Assembly (NCBI GenBank): GCA_902558095.1
Contig: CACECP010000006.1
Location: 4,850-68,849 of the forward strand
Length of the DNA stretch: 64,000 nt
Reading direction: 5' to 3'
Source: an uncultured SAR86 cluster bacterium
Lineage (GTDB): Bacteria; Pseudomonadota; Gammaproteobacteria; Magnimaribacterales; D2472
Shown here: positions 1-8,272 of the stretch, piece after piece
Position numbering within the stretch: the stretch's first letter is position 1
Layout: each line of letters starts with the position of its first letter
The notes under the pieces: model-generated
Told to the model about the DNA's origin: nothing
Database searches by the model: none
What the model saw: only the letters and a program-made list of their open reading frames with translations
Program-made: the position numbers and the translations under genes

Positions 1-377
1 CCAATTGTGAAAGCTGTTATCTCAAAAATAAAGTACTCATTATAAAAGCTCGGAGTTGTTGGTATTATTGAAAATAATACTCTTCCCAGAGCAATAGATC
101 CAACTAAGAAAGTTATGAATTTAATAGAAAATATAGCAATATTTTTTTTAAAAATACCGATTAAACACATGATGCCAATACATAAATTCAACCCACCATA
201 TATTCCTGCAATTTCTGAATAACCAAGAGGCCCAGTTGGTGAGAGGCCTATCAATTCGTTAATAGAAGGATAGTCGACCTCTAAAGCTTGAAACATCGGA
301 GAAAGCAATGCCAATAAGCCAATTAATCCATAGATTGCTGCCATAAATAATAAATATAGTCTTATTGCCCAAATCAT
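1..377 (-). CDS. small polytopic membrane protein (DUF4345-like); C-terminus runs off the left edge of the window
   Basis: My own reverse-strand translation from ATG at 377..375 gives MIWAIRLYLLFMAAIYGLIGLLALLSPMFQALEV..., open to position 1 and made of hydrophobic helices. It resembles the product of 10773..11171 in architecture. It is absent from the ORF track because the window edge truncates it. Confidence 0.55.
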   Translation of the reverse strand, partial: MIWAIRLYLLFMAAIYGLIGLLALLSPMFQALEVDYPSINELIGLSPTGPLGYSEIAGIYGGLNLCIGIMCLIGIFKKNIAIFSIKFITFLVGSIALGRVLFSIIPTTPSFYNEYFIFEITAFTI

Positions 378-433
378 CTTAAAAGCTCCTTAAATTTTTA
401 ATACAATTATATTAAATTAATTAATAATTAAAT

Positions 434-937
434 ATGAATAAAAGTTTAATTAAATATTCGCTCATTTCATACTTTTTCTTTTTTGTTTTAATTTTAGAAA
501 GTGAAATTATGCTCAATAAGAACGACAAATTGATTATGCCGCTTCCAATGCCATATGATGGAATAATTTATACAACTAATGACCTTAACGATTTCATAAA
601 TGAAACTATTAAATCCGATAAACAACCTATATTGATTTTTGGTGCAAATTGGTGCCCTGATTGCAGAATTTTTTCTGGAACAATTAATATACCAAAAGTA
701 AATGCATATATTAAAAAGCATTTTAAAATTTTATATATCGATGTTAAAAGATACGAAATAAATATGCAGTTAATGGAGGAATATGGGATACCTTCAGCTG
801 AAGGAATACCAAGAGTTTTAGTTTTTGATAAAGACAAAAATCTATTAAATAATTCAAACACAACTGAATGGCGGACAGCTAGAGATAGAAGCTCACAAGA
901 AATATTTAATTTCTTTCAAGATATGGCCAAGGATTAG
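434..937 (+). CDS. membrane-anchored or secreted thioredoxin-fold protein
   Basis: CxxC redox motif in FGANWCPDCRIF. N-terminal hydrophobic segment. Confidence 0.7.
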   Translation: MNKSLIKYSLISYFFFFVLILESEIMLNKNDKLIMPLPMPYDGIIYTTNDLNDFINETIKSDKQPILIFGANWCPDCRIFSGTINIPKVNAYIKKHFKILYIDVKRYEINMQLMEEYGIPSAEGIPRVLVFDKDKNLLNNSNTTEWRTARDRSSQEIFNFFQDMAKD

Positions 938-2208
938 TCAAATTGTTTACTGGCACTTGCAAATAAAAGATAAAAGGTTCCACCAAATATTAGTACTCCT
1001 GCACATACATAAAAAATAAGATTCCAAGAACTTGATATTTCAAGTATGGCCCCAGCTGCAAGAGGGCTAAGTATAGCTGCTATCATCCCAATACTTCCTG
1101 AAATTCCAACTAAAGATCCCGTATACTTTGGACCTAAGTCAGCATGATTTACTCCAAATCCACCTGAGCATATGCCTGAGCAAACATTAATTAGGCACAG
1201 AAGTATGACCGCAATTAATAGAGAATCTACTGAAGAAATATAATATAAGCATATTGCAGATCCAAAAAAACCAATTGAATTTACTAGCTTTCTAACATTA
1301 ATAACTTTATACCCTTTCTTGATTAAATAATCAGCCAAATAACCACCCAGAATAAGCGAAATAATTGCAACAAGACAAGGAACTAGAATTGCATATAAAA
1401 ATAAGCTCGATTCTAATTCTATTCCCATGCCTCCAGATTCAACTGGACCACTCACATATTTTGGTATGTATGATAGAAATGTATATAAAGTCCAATTATT
1501 GCAAAAAGTTGCAACGACAATTGCAAGAAAAGGAAGATTTGTTACTAGTTTTAAAAGTGGAATTGAACGAGCAGATTCTTTTGATGGAGCTTCTTTCAAA
1601 ATCAAATCTAACTCTTCGGCTGTAATGTATTTATTATTTTCAGGAAAAGATGTCACATTTTTATTCCAAAAAATGATCCAAAAAAATCCTAACATTCCAA
1701 ACAAATAAAAAACCCACTCCCAGGAATAATTTGCGATTATTATTGCTGCGACACCATAACCAAACATGGTACCAGCTGCAATACCGCTATTTGTAAATGC
1801 TACCGCTCGTGTTCTTTCTTTAAATGGAATCCATCTTGCATATATTGCATGCCATGAAGGAAATGTAATTCCTTCCCCTAACCCCATTAAGATTCTAATA
1901 AATACTAACCACCATATTCCTAAATAAGCAAAATATGGAGTAATAATCGTGAATATTGACCAAATTATTAAGCAATATCCAAGCACCCTTTTACCGCCAT
2001 ATTTATCTGCTAAGTATCCTCCTACAATCATTGTTATCATGTAACCAAAGTAAAAAGAGCTGAAGATAAAGCCTGTTTGAAATTCAGACCAACCAAATTG
2101 CTTTTGCATCGGGATTATAGTTACAGAAATATTTACTCTATCGATATAACAGATAAAAACTGCTAAAAATGAGAGAAATACTACTCTAAACCTATATGGA
2201 AATTTCAT
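934..2208 (-). CDS. MFS transporter (anion:cation symporter-like)
   Basis: 424 aa, about 12 hydrophobic helices, MFS-type loop motif GGYLADKYGGKRV. Last gene of the co-directional run 5584->934. Confidence 0.85.
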   Translation of the reverse strand: MKFPYRFRVVFLSFLAVFICYIDRVNISVTIIPMQKQFGWSEFQTGFIFSSFYFGYMITMIVGGYLADKYGGKRVLGYCLIIWSIFTIITPYFAYLGIWWLVFIRILMGLGEGITFPSWHAIYARWIPFKERTRAVAFTNSGIAAGTMFGYGVAAIIIANYSWEWVFYLFGMLGFFWIIFWNKNVTSFPENNKYITAEELDLILKEAPSKESARSIPLLKLVTNLPFLAIVVATFCNNWTLYTFLSYIPKYVSGPVESGGMGIELESSLFLYAILVPCLVAIISLILGGYLADYLIKKGYKVINVRKLVNSIGFFGSAICLYYISSVDSLLIAVILLCLINVCSGICSGGFGVNHADLGPKYTGSLVGISGSIGMIAAILSPLAAGAILEISSSWNLIFYVCAGVLIFGGTFYLLFASASKQFD

Positions 2209-2212
2209 TCAA

Positions 2213-3574
2213 TTATTTAATTGGAGTAAATTTTATGGGCATCTCTTGGATAGCGTGCACAAAATTGTTTGGTGCAACTTTCCAATCTCCATTCATTTCA
2301 AAATCTTTGAATCTTGTTAAAAATTGAGAATAAAATTCTTGTAACTGCATTAATGCTACTGGTTTTCCTAAGCATGTATGTCTGCCAATTCCAAATGCTA
2401 AATGTTTATCTGCATTTTCTCTTAAAATATTAAATTCATCTGGATTTTCAAAGATATCAGGATCTCTGTTTGCTGCCCCATACCATAGTGAAATCTTTTC
2501 ATATGGCCCTATTCTTTGACCATTTATTTCAGTTTCCACCAATGAAGTTCTTCTCATGTGTATAACTGGTGAGACACATCTAACCGTTTCATTTATAAAA
2601 TTTGGTAGTAAATCTAAATTTTGCATCAATAATTCTTTTTGTGATTGATTTTCATGCAAAAGCTTGATGCCTCCGCTCATTGTATTTCGAGTTGTATCAT
2701 TACCAGCAAAAATTATTAATAGCCATGAGCCATCTAGAAATTCGTCAGTTAATTTTTTATCTTCGATCTTGGCATTTGCAATTGCGCTTAGTAGATCATT
2801 GGAAGGATTTTCTCTTTTGCTTTTTAAGATAAATCTTCCATAATCAAACATTTCATCAACCATTGTGTTAAACATATCTATCATTGCTGGATCGGGTGAT
2901 GATTCTGATTTTCCTTCATTTTGTTCTTTTATCATCTCGTAGGTAAAGTATTGTGCTAGTTCTAAAAACTCCATCCACGATACTAGTTTTTGTCTATCTT
3001 CTTCAGGGATACCTAGTATTTCAGACAATGTATATATAGGTAATTGCTGTGAAACATGATGGACAAGATTGCATTCTCCCAGTGGAGCAATTTTATCAAG
3101 CAACTCTGTGACCTTTAAGGATACTTTTTTTTGAAGTTCTGAAACATATCCTGGTTTAAAAAAAGGCATGTGCTCTTTTCTTAATCCTAAATGCATCTCA
3201 CCATCAAGATTAAGCATATGATCTATGGTTGATTTAAAAAGTTTTGGATGTCTATTTTCTTCAGTTCCTAGTGTTAATAAGTTTCCAGTTGAGTATTGAG
3301 AAGAAAAAATCTTTGGATTCATCGATACATATTTTATATCTTCATATTTTGTTAGAACCCAATAACCAGGCTCAGGATCTGTTAGCATCTTATGATGGAA
3401 GTAAACAGGTGCTTGCTCTCTTAGTTCTTTATATAAATCTATTGGCTGTCCTTTTGTAAACAGCTCTAGATCGTTTAACGATTCAGAAGCTTTATATGAA
3501 TACTTATGATCGTATTTGGAATCATTAATTTTATGTCCAAGAATCTCATCTGATAATATATAACCGTTATCCAT
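2213..3574 (-). CDS. cytochrome P450 monooxygenase
   Basis: Heme-thiolate loop FGIGRHTCLG (FxxGxRxCxG), I-helix-like AGNDTT, and an ExxR-like ETVR. Start moved to MDNGY (ATG 3574..3572), which has a GGAGGAGGAG Shine-Dalgarno 5-16 nt upstream. The track's longer start would overlap the upstream gene by 50 nt. Confidence 0.9.
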   Translation of the reverse strand: MDNGYILSDEILGHKINDSKYDHKYSYKASESLNDLELFTKGQPIDLYKELREQAPVYFHHKMLTDPEPGYWVLTKYEDIKYVSMNPKIFSSQYSTGNLLTLGTEENRHPKLFKSTIDHMLNLDGEMHLGLRKEHMPFFKPGYVSELQKKVSLKVTELLDKIAPLGECNLVHHVSQQLPIYTLSEILGIPEEDRQKLVSWMEFLELAQYFTYEMIKEQNEGKSESSPDPAMIDMFNTMVDEMFDYGRFILKSKRENPSNDLLSAIANAKIEDKKLTDEFLDGSWLLIIFAGNDTTRNTMSGGIKLLHENQSQKELLMQNLDLLPNFINETVRCVSPVIHMRRTSLVETEINGQRIGPYEKISLWYGAANRDPDIFENPDEFNILRENADKHLAFGIGRHTCLGKPVALMQLQEFYSQFLTRFKDFEMNGDWKVAPNNFVHAIQEMPIKFTPIK

Positions 3575-3575
3575 T

Positions 3576-4199
3576 TTATTCTCCTCCTCCACCTCCGCCA
3601 CCATCACCGCCATAAGTGCCGCCATCGGTATATGGTTGTGGATGGGTTAGATATATTGAAGACATAAAAGAAACTCCATTGCCTAACATAGTCGATATTT
3701 CTTTTAGGTTTAATTGTTCGGATAGCTCTTTATATGGTTCTGTTTCACCAGTTTGTTTATTTACTACAAGAGCATTTTTTTTGGAAACTAAAAACACCTC
3801 ATCAGAAATAATTACCAATGTATATTGATTAAAAAATGATTTCTTAAAACGTTTTCTATAAAGTATTTTCCCTGTTTTCCAAGACATTTTTGCTATTTCT
3901 TTTGATGAGGCCATATAGTACATGTGATCTTCAAAAGTATGAGGTATAAAAGGAATCATTGAACTATGAAGAATTTCTTGATTATGTGACCACAATCTTT
4001 CACCATTATTTTGATCAAAACAGTGAATCATTTTTGATCCAGTCCAAACAGAACTAAAGACAATTAAATAATCTTCATATTGTCCAATTATGTTTGGCTT
4101 ATAGCCACTTGCTATATTTCCGACCCATAAAGGTTTATTTTCTGTTAGGTCATACTTAGCTATTGAACCTTTCTTACCAAAAATTGCTATTTTATTCAT
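3576..4199 (-). CDS. hypothetical protein with PQQ/BamB-like beta-propeller repeats and a Gly-rich tail
   Basis: Recurring blade-like motifs (YDLTENKPLW, FDQNNGERLW, MSWKTGKILY, VVNKQTGETE). C-terminus is GGTYGGDGGGGGGGE. No signal peptide. Confidence 0.55.
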   Translation of the reverse strand: MNKIAIFGKKGSIAKYDLTENKPLWVGNIASGYKPNIIGQYEDYLIVFSSVWTGSKMIHCFDQNNGERLWSHNQEILHSSMIPFIPHTFEDHMYYMASSKEIAKMSWKTGKILYRKRFKKSFFNQYTLVIISDEVFLVSKKNALVVNKQTGETEPYKELSEQLNLKEISTMLGNGVSFMSSIYLTHPQPYTDGGTYGGDGGGGGGGE

Positions 4200-4231
4200 T
4201 GATATTACTTATATAAATGTTGATTAAAAAA

Positions 4232-4879
4232 TTAGATCTTTAATTTTTCTTTTCTCTTTTTAATCTCCTCTTCATTTCTTATTTTTTTTTCTATTTCAGC
4301 CAATCTTATAGATTCTGTAATTTTTTTAAAAGACTCCTTATGTTTAAAAAATAAATCATCATATTCTCTGTTAGGAATGATTTTGCATGAAGCTTTTTTC
4401 CTACCATAATGACTTATATCTAAGGTTTCTCTACTAATACTAACATCTGGCTCAAATCTATTAATATCAATCATAGAATAGCCTGTATAACAATCATGAA
4501 TTATTTCATGTCCGTTATGTTGTTTTGAGGTATCTCGACAATGGTAATTACCATTGTTAAAAGGTCCACTAGAAAAACTATAATAAAAATCTGAAGATTT
4601 ACTAGCAATCGCGGCAGAGTGAATTTTTACTTTGTATGGATCGTCTAATTCTGAATTACTAATACGCTTAAATTCAATTTTTGTAACAGGTAAGTCATTT
4701 TGAAATATTCTTAAAAAAACTTTTTGACTGCCTTTAAACCACCTTTGTGCTGAAATATTATCAAACTCATCACACTCCAAAGAAACTATTGAGGATGAGT
4801 CATCAGATTGAGCTCGAACATTGAAAAAAATTAAACAAATTAAAAAAATCAAAGTTTGGAAGTTATTTATATATTTCAT
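4232..4879 (-). CDS. secreted hypothetical protein
   Basis: Signal-peptide-like N-terminus (LIFLICLIFFNVRAQS), several Cys residues, Lys/Glu-rich C-terminal helix. No motif I recognise. Confidence 0.6.
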   Translation of the reverse strand: MKYINNFQTLIFLICLIFFNVRAQSDDSSSIVSLECDEFDNISAQRWFKGSQKVFLRIFQNDLPVTKIEFKRISNSELDDPYKVKIHSAAIASKSSDFYYSFSSGPFNNGNYHCRDTSKQHNGHEIIHDCYTGYSMIDINRFEPDVSISRETLDISHYGRKKASCKIIPNREYDDLFFKHKESFKKITESIRLAEIEKKIRNEEEIKKRKEKLKI

Positions 4880-4882
4880 AAT

Positions 4883-5584
4883 TCATTGCATATTCTCAAG
4901 TTGATCTATAAATTTTTGTAAAGTTTTAGCTCTTTTTATTCCCGCTTCTTTATCTTTTCCAGCATAAACATATTCTGTAGCTTCAATACCCCAATTTAAA
5001 TACTTTATAACACGCTTCTTTGAAATAAAACTTACATATTTTGGATATGATTTAATATAGTCTTTTGCGAAATGACCAAACCAAGTTGTGTAATCTCCTT
5101 TACAAATTACTTTTCTTCTTACAATATCTTTTACATTTTTTGCTCTAAATTTAAAATCATCAGTATCAGCATAATTCCAGCCCACTGAATCCCTTGCAGA
5201 GGAAATGGTAATATTCCCAACTCTTTTTGTATTTTTATCAAAAGCTAAATCTGCATTTCTTGACCACCAAAATATTAAAATTGTTATTGATAGAGGCACT
5301 ATTACAATAAAAAAAATAATGAAATCAAAAAAGTTATACATAAAATCTTCTGGCTTATAGTAACTTTTACAATTTCTTGTACTTTCAATTTTTAAATCCA
5401 TGGATGGAATCTCAAATCCATCATTGTTTGATTGTGAAACTGCACAGCCAGCATCTCTTGAGAGCATTAAAGCTTTATCATAATCAAAAGTCTTATTAGT
5501 TAATGCCCATATGAAATATATTCCAATGAACCCAAAAAAAATTAAAAGCCACATTTTTCGAAAAATATCAAAAAAGCTATTCAT
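4883..5584 (-). CDS. two-TM membrane protein, hypothetical
   Basis: Two strong hydrophobic segments (WLLIFFGFIGIYFIWAL and FIIFFIVIVPLSITILIFWW) followed by a ~130-aa soluble domain. A 3-nt spacer separates it from the next gene. Confidence 0.6.
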   Translation of the reverse strand: MNSFFDIFRKMWLLIFFGFIGIYFIWALTNKTFDYDKALMLSRDAGCAVSQSNNDGFEIPSMDLKIESTRNCKSYYKPEDFMYNFFDFIIFFIVIVPLSITILIFWWSRNADLAFDKNTKRVGNITISSARDSVGWNYADTDDFKFRAKNVKDIVRRKVICKGDYTTWFGHFAKDYIKSYPKYVSFISKKRVIKYLNWGIEATEYVYAGKDKEAGIKRAKTLQKFIDQLENMQ

Positions 5585-5628
5585 ATATTAAATGATATAA
5601 GTTTTTTAAATCAAAATAAATGTTTGGT

Positions 5629-5653
5629 ATACAGGGAGTCGAACTCCCTGTAT
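5629..5653 (-). terminator. 11-bp perfect stem-loop downstream of the TonB-dependent receptor gene (probable terminator, poor U-tract)
   Basis: ATACAGGGAGT-CGA-ACTCCCTGTAT, read directly. It lies 19 nt after the stop at 5672. The minus-strand U-tract after the stem is weak. Confidence 0.5.
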
Positions 5654-5671
5654 TAAAAAAGCCTAACAATT

Positions 5672-8047
5672 CTAAAAACTATAAGAATATTTTAGTGTCA
5701 TAGTTCTAGGTGGTATCCATTGCATCCAGTTTCTAGGTCTCCAAGATGTGTCATTGACTGCATATATATATGCTTCTGTTCTCTCATCAGTTAGATTATC
5801 AATAGATAATTGCAACTTAGAATTTTCGTTTAAATCTAATCCAAGATTAAAATTTAATTTGGTGTAATCTGGAGAGCTAGAGTTTGGGTTTTCAGCAAAA
5901 GTATTAAAGCTGTCTCCATAATAATTGACATCAAGTCTTGCATAAGAAGGATACGAAAAAATTGTTGTATCGTATACCAAACCAAGATTCCATTGAGTTT
6001 CAACGGTATTTGGCAGCCTATCTCCAGCAGCAGCTCCTAAAGAAGCTATATCTATAGAAGTCTCAGCAGTCATAGAGCTTCCAGCGAAATCGATAGAGAG
6101 CTCATCATTTATTGCATAAGTAAAATCGACTTCCCAGCCAGAAGTTTCTGCCTTACCACCATTGAAGTTATATGACCAACCACAACCAGGCGTTACAGAA
6201 ATAATAATTCCGTCCCAATCAACCTCAAAATAAGTAACGTTGGCAGTATAGTTTTCACCTCTTGATTTAACTCCAAACTCAGTTGTTTCAGCTTCATCAG
6301 AATTAAATCTAGGTCCCCAAGTTTCTTGTGCAGTCTCGTCACTACTACAAAATGGAGGTAATGGAGACTGGTTTCCACCAGGTCTATATCCAGCAGCTTT
6401 AGTTGTATACAAAGTAAGGTCTTCATTTACCTCATAGCTAAGAGCATATTTCATTCTTGTATCAGATTCTTGACCGGATAACTCAGAGCAGTCTGTTCCT
6501 GCAGGATCATTTCCATCACAACCATTGCTGTCCATATAAAAAATACCATATTGATATGATTTAGATTTATCTTTGATTTCATAGTCTCTTATACCAAGAG
6601 TAAGAGTTAATTTATCATTTACATTATAGTCAAATTGCCCATACATAGATGTCTCTTCTTGCTCGTTATATTCCGTATATGAAGCATAATATAAATGTGG
6701 GTATCCTAAGTGATCATCACAAAATGGCGGACAATAAGCAGTCGCATCATATACAGCAGGATCAACACCTGCAGCTATTGAAGTAACATAATCTAACCAA
6801 TATTTATCAATTGCGTATTGAGTTTGTGAAACAGAATTTGGTTCCTCATTAAATTTGTAGTTGTAGTATCCAATAGTCCACTCAAACTTTCCTGGTTTAG
6901 AAACCAGTCTTAATTCTGTTGTTTCTTGATAATACTTATCGCCATCAACAATTAGTGGTGCTGGAACATAATCATCCATATCAATTCTTGCCCAGTCTGT
7001 TATAGCATCTTCACTGATTGTTTTATCAGATATAATCAAATTTGCATCAAAAGCTCCAAAATCATATTTTATATTTGCAACAAATATATCTTTGGTTATA
7101 TCCTCAGTTTCATCAGCAGCCAATGCATGAGCAAATCTTGGATCATAATTTGTGAGAACAGAACTACCATTAGGATAATCAGCTTCTGAAGCAGCAAAAT
7201 TTGATATAGCACTTAAACGAGAGCATGTAGGATCTCCATCCCAGTTATACCACCAACTTGATGCTTGAGGGCAGCCCTCAACATAAACATCGGCACTTCC
7301 TGGTTTACTTTGACCCGGTTCTAATATTCCATATGCTTTATTAGTAACATTAAAATATCTAAAACTTGCTTTTAATTTGCTACCATTATCAAAACCTAAT
7401 GTAATCATAAGCTGAGAATCATCCTCCTCACCAACTGTGTTACCAGTTTGAATATTTTTATATATACCTGGTGAAACTAATTGAGAATAAACTGCCCTGA
7501 CAGCAAGATTATCTGATAGAGCGAGGTTGTACATCATTTCAATGCTTGTTTCAGGATCACTAGCTTTAACTTTGTCTCCATATCCAACTCTTATTTTTCC
7601 ATAAGATGAGCTTGAATCAGGTTTATTTGTAATATATCTAATAGTTCCTCCAATGGCATTTGATCCATAAAGAGTCCCTTGTGGGCCTCTTAGCACCTCA
7701 ATTCTTTCAATATCAAACAAACCCATTAATGAACCGCTAACCTCATCAATATATGTTGAAGATGTCCCAGAAGAACGCTGTGAAGTAGATGTATTTAATC
7801 CCCTAAAAGTATAGTAATTTGAACCACCTGGTGTAGAAACACCTGCGATAGATCTTAAATAATCTTCGGGATTCATTATACCCCTCTCTTCTAATGCTAC
7901 TTCAGTAATAACAGAAATATTCATTGGTATTTCTTGAACTGTTTCAGCCTTTTTATTAGCTGTAACAATAACTTCTTCAACTTCTTGTGAAATTAAAATA
8001 AAAGGCACTAAAAGAAAAGTACAGTAGATTAAGTTAAAATTTTTCAT
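5672..8047 (-). CDS. TonB-dependent outer-membrane receptor
   Basis: Signal peptide, plug region EEVIVTANKKAETVQEIPMNISVIT and RIEVLRGPQGTLYGSNAIGG, long beta-barrel region, C-terminal aromatic residue (..YSYSF). GAGGAG Shine-Dalgarno before the ATG. Confidence 0.9.
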   Translation of the reverse strand: MKNFNLIYCTFLLVPFILISQEVEEVIVTANKKAETVQEIPMNISVITEVALEERGIMNPEDYLRSIAGVSTPGGSNYYTFRGLNTSTSQRSSGTSSTYIDEVSGSLMGLFDIERIEVLRGPQGTLYGSNAIGGTIRYITNKPDSSSSYGKIRVGYGDKVKASDPETSIEMMYNLALSDNLAVRAVYSQLVSPGIYKNIQTGNTVGEEDDSQLMITLGFDNGSKLKASFRYFNVTNKAYGILEPGQSKPGSADVYVEGCPQASSWWYNWDGDPTCSRLSAISNFAASEADYPNGSSVLTNYDPRFAHALAADETEDITKDIFVANIKYDFGAFDANLIISDKTISEDAITDWARIDMDDYVPAPLIVDGDKYYQETTELRLVSKPGKFEWTIGYYNYKFNEEPNSVSQTQYAIDKYWLDYVTSIAAGVDPAVYDATAYCPPFCDDHLGYPHLYYASYTEYNEQEETSMYGQFDYNVNDKLTLTLGIRDYEIKDKSKSYQYGIFYMDSNGCDGNDPAGTDCSELSGQESDTRMKYALSYEVNEDLTLYTTKAAGYRPGGNQSPLPPFCSSDETAQETWGPRFNSDEAETTEFGVKSRGENYTANVTYFEVDWDGIIISVTPGCGWSYNFNGGKAETSGWEVDFTYAINDELSIDFAGSSMTAETSIDIASLGAAAGDRLPNTVETQWNLGLVYDTTIFSYPSYARLDVNYYGDSFNTFAENPNSSSPDYTKLNFNLGLDLNENSKLQLSIDNLTDERTEAYIYAVNDTSWRPRNWMQWIPPRTMTLKYSYSF

Positions 8048-8062
8048 AATTTTCTCCTCTAT

Positions 8063-8113
8063 AAAAAAAAACCTAGCAATTGCTAGGTCATAAAATAAAA
8101 CAAAAGACCCAGC
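8063..8113 (-). promoter_or_regulatory. 5' leader with a terminator-like hairpin plus U9 directly before the receptor RBS, and a competing upstream pairing segment
   Basis: Minus strand reads GACCUAGC-AAUU-GCUAGGU followed by UUUUUUUUU, then AUAGAGGAGAAAAUUAUG. Upstream GCUGGGUC (8113->8106) can pair with GACCUAGC (8089->8082) for 8 bp including one G-U. Confidence 0.45.
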
Positions 8114-8248
8114 TAACTTGATGGCTCCCGGTTTTTATTATGTATGTTAATAATAAACATCATCTTTCAAGTATATATATGAAAATTGATATAGCTAGAG
8201 TTTATTTGAAAAGAGTATATTATTTTTATACTTAAATTTATATGCTAA

Positions 8249-8272
8249 TGGTAGGGATGGAGGGAGTCGAAC
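8249..8272 (-). repeat. att-like direct repeat: copy of the 3'-terminal 24 nt of tRNA-Leu(UAG)
   Basis: TGGTAGGGATGGAGGGAGTCGAAC is identical to 10643..10666. Flanks diverge immediately on both sides. Confidence 0.85.

Noticed and set aside
3575-3625. Longer N-terminus (MAALMAVMVAEVEEENK) for the P450
   Set aside because: It would overlap the upstream gene by 50 nt and is simply the other reading frame of the poly-Gly/SD tract. ATG 3574 has an ideal Shine-Dalgarno.
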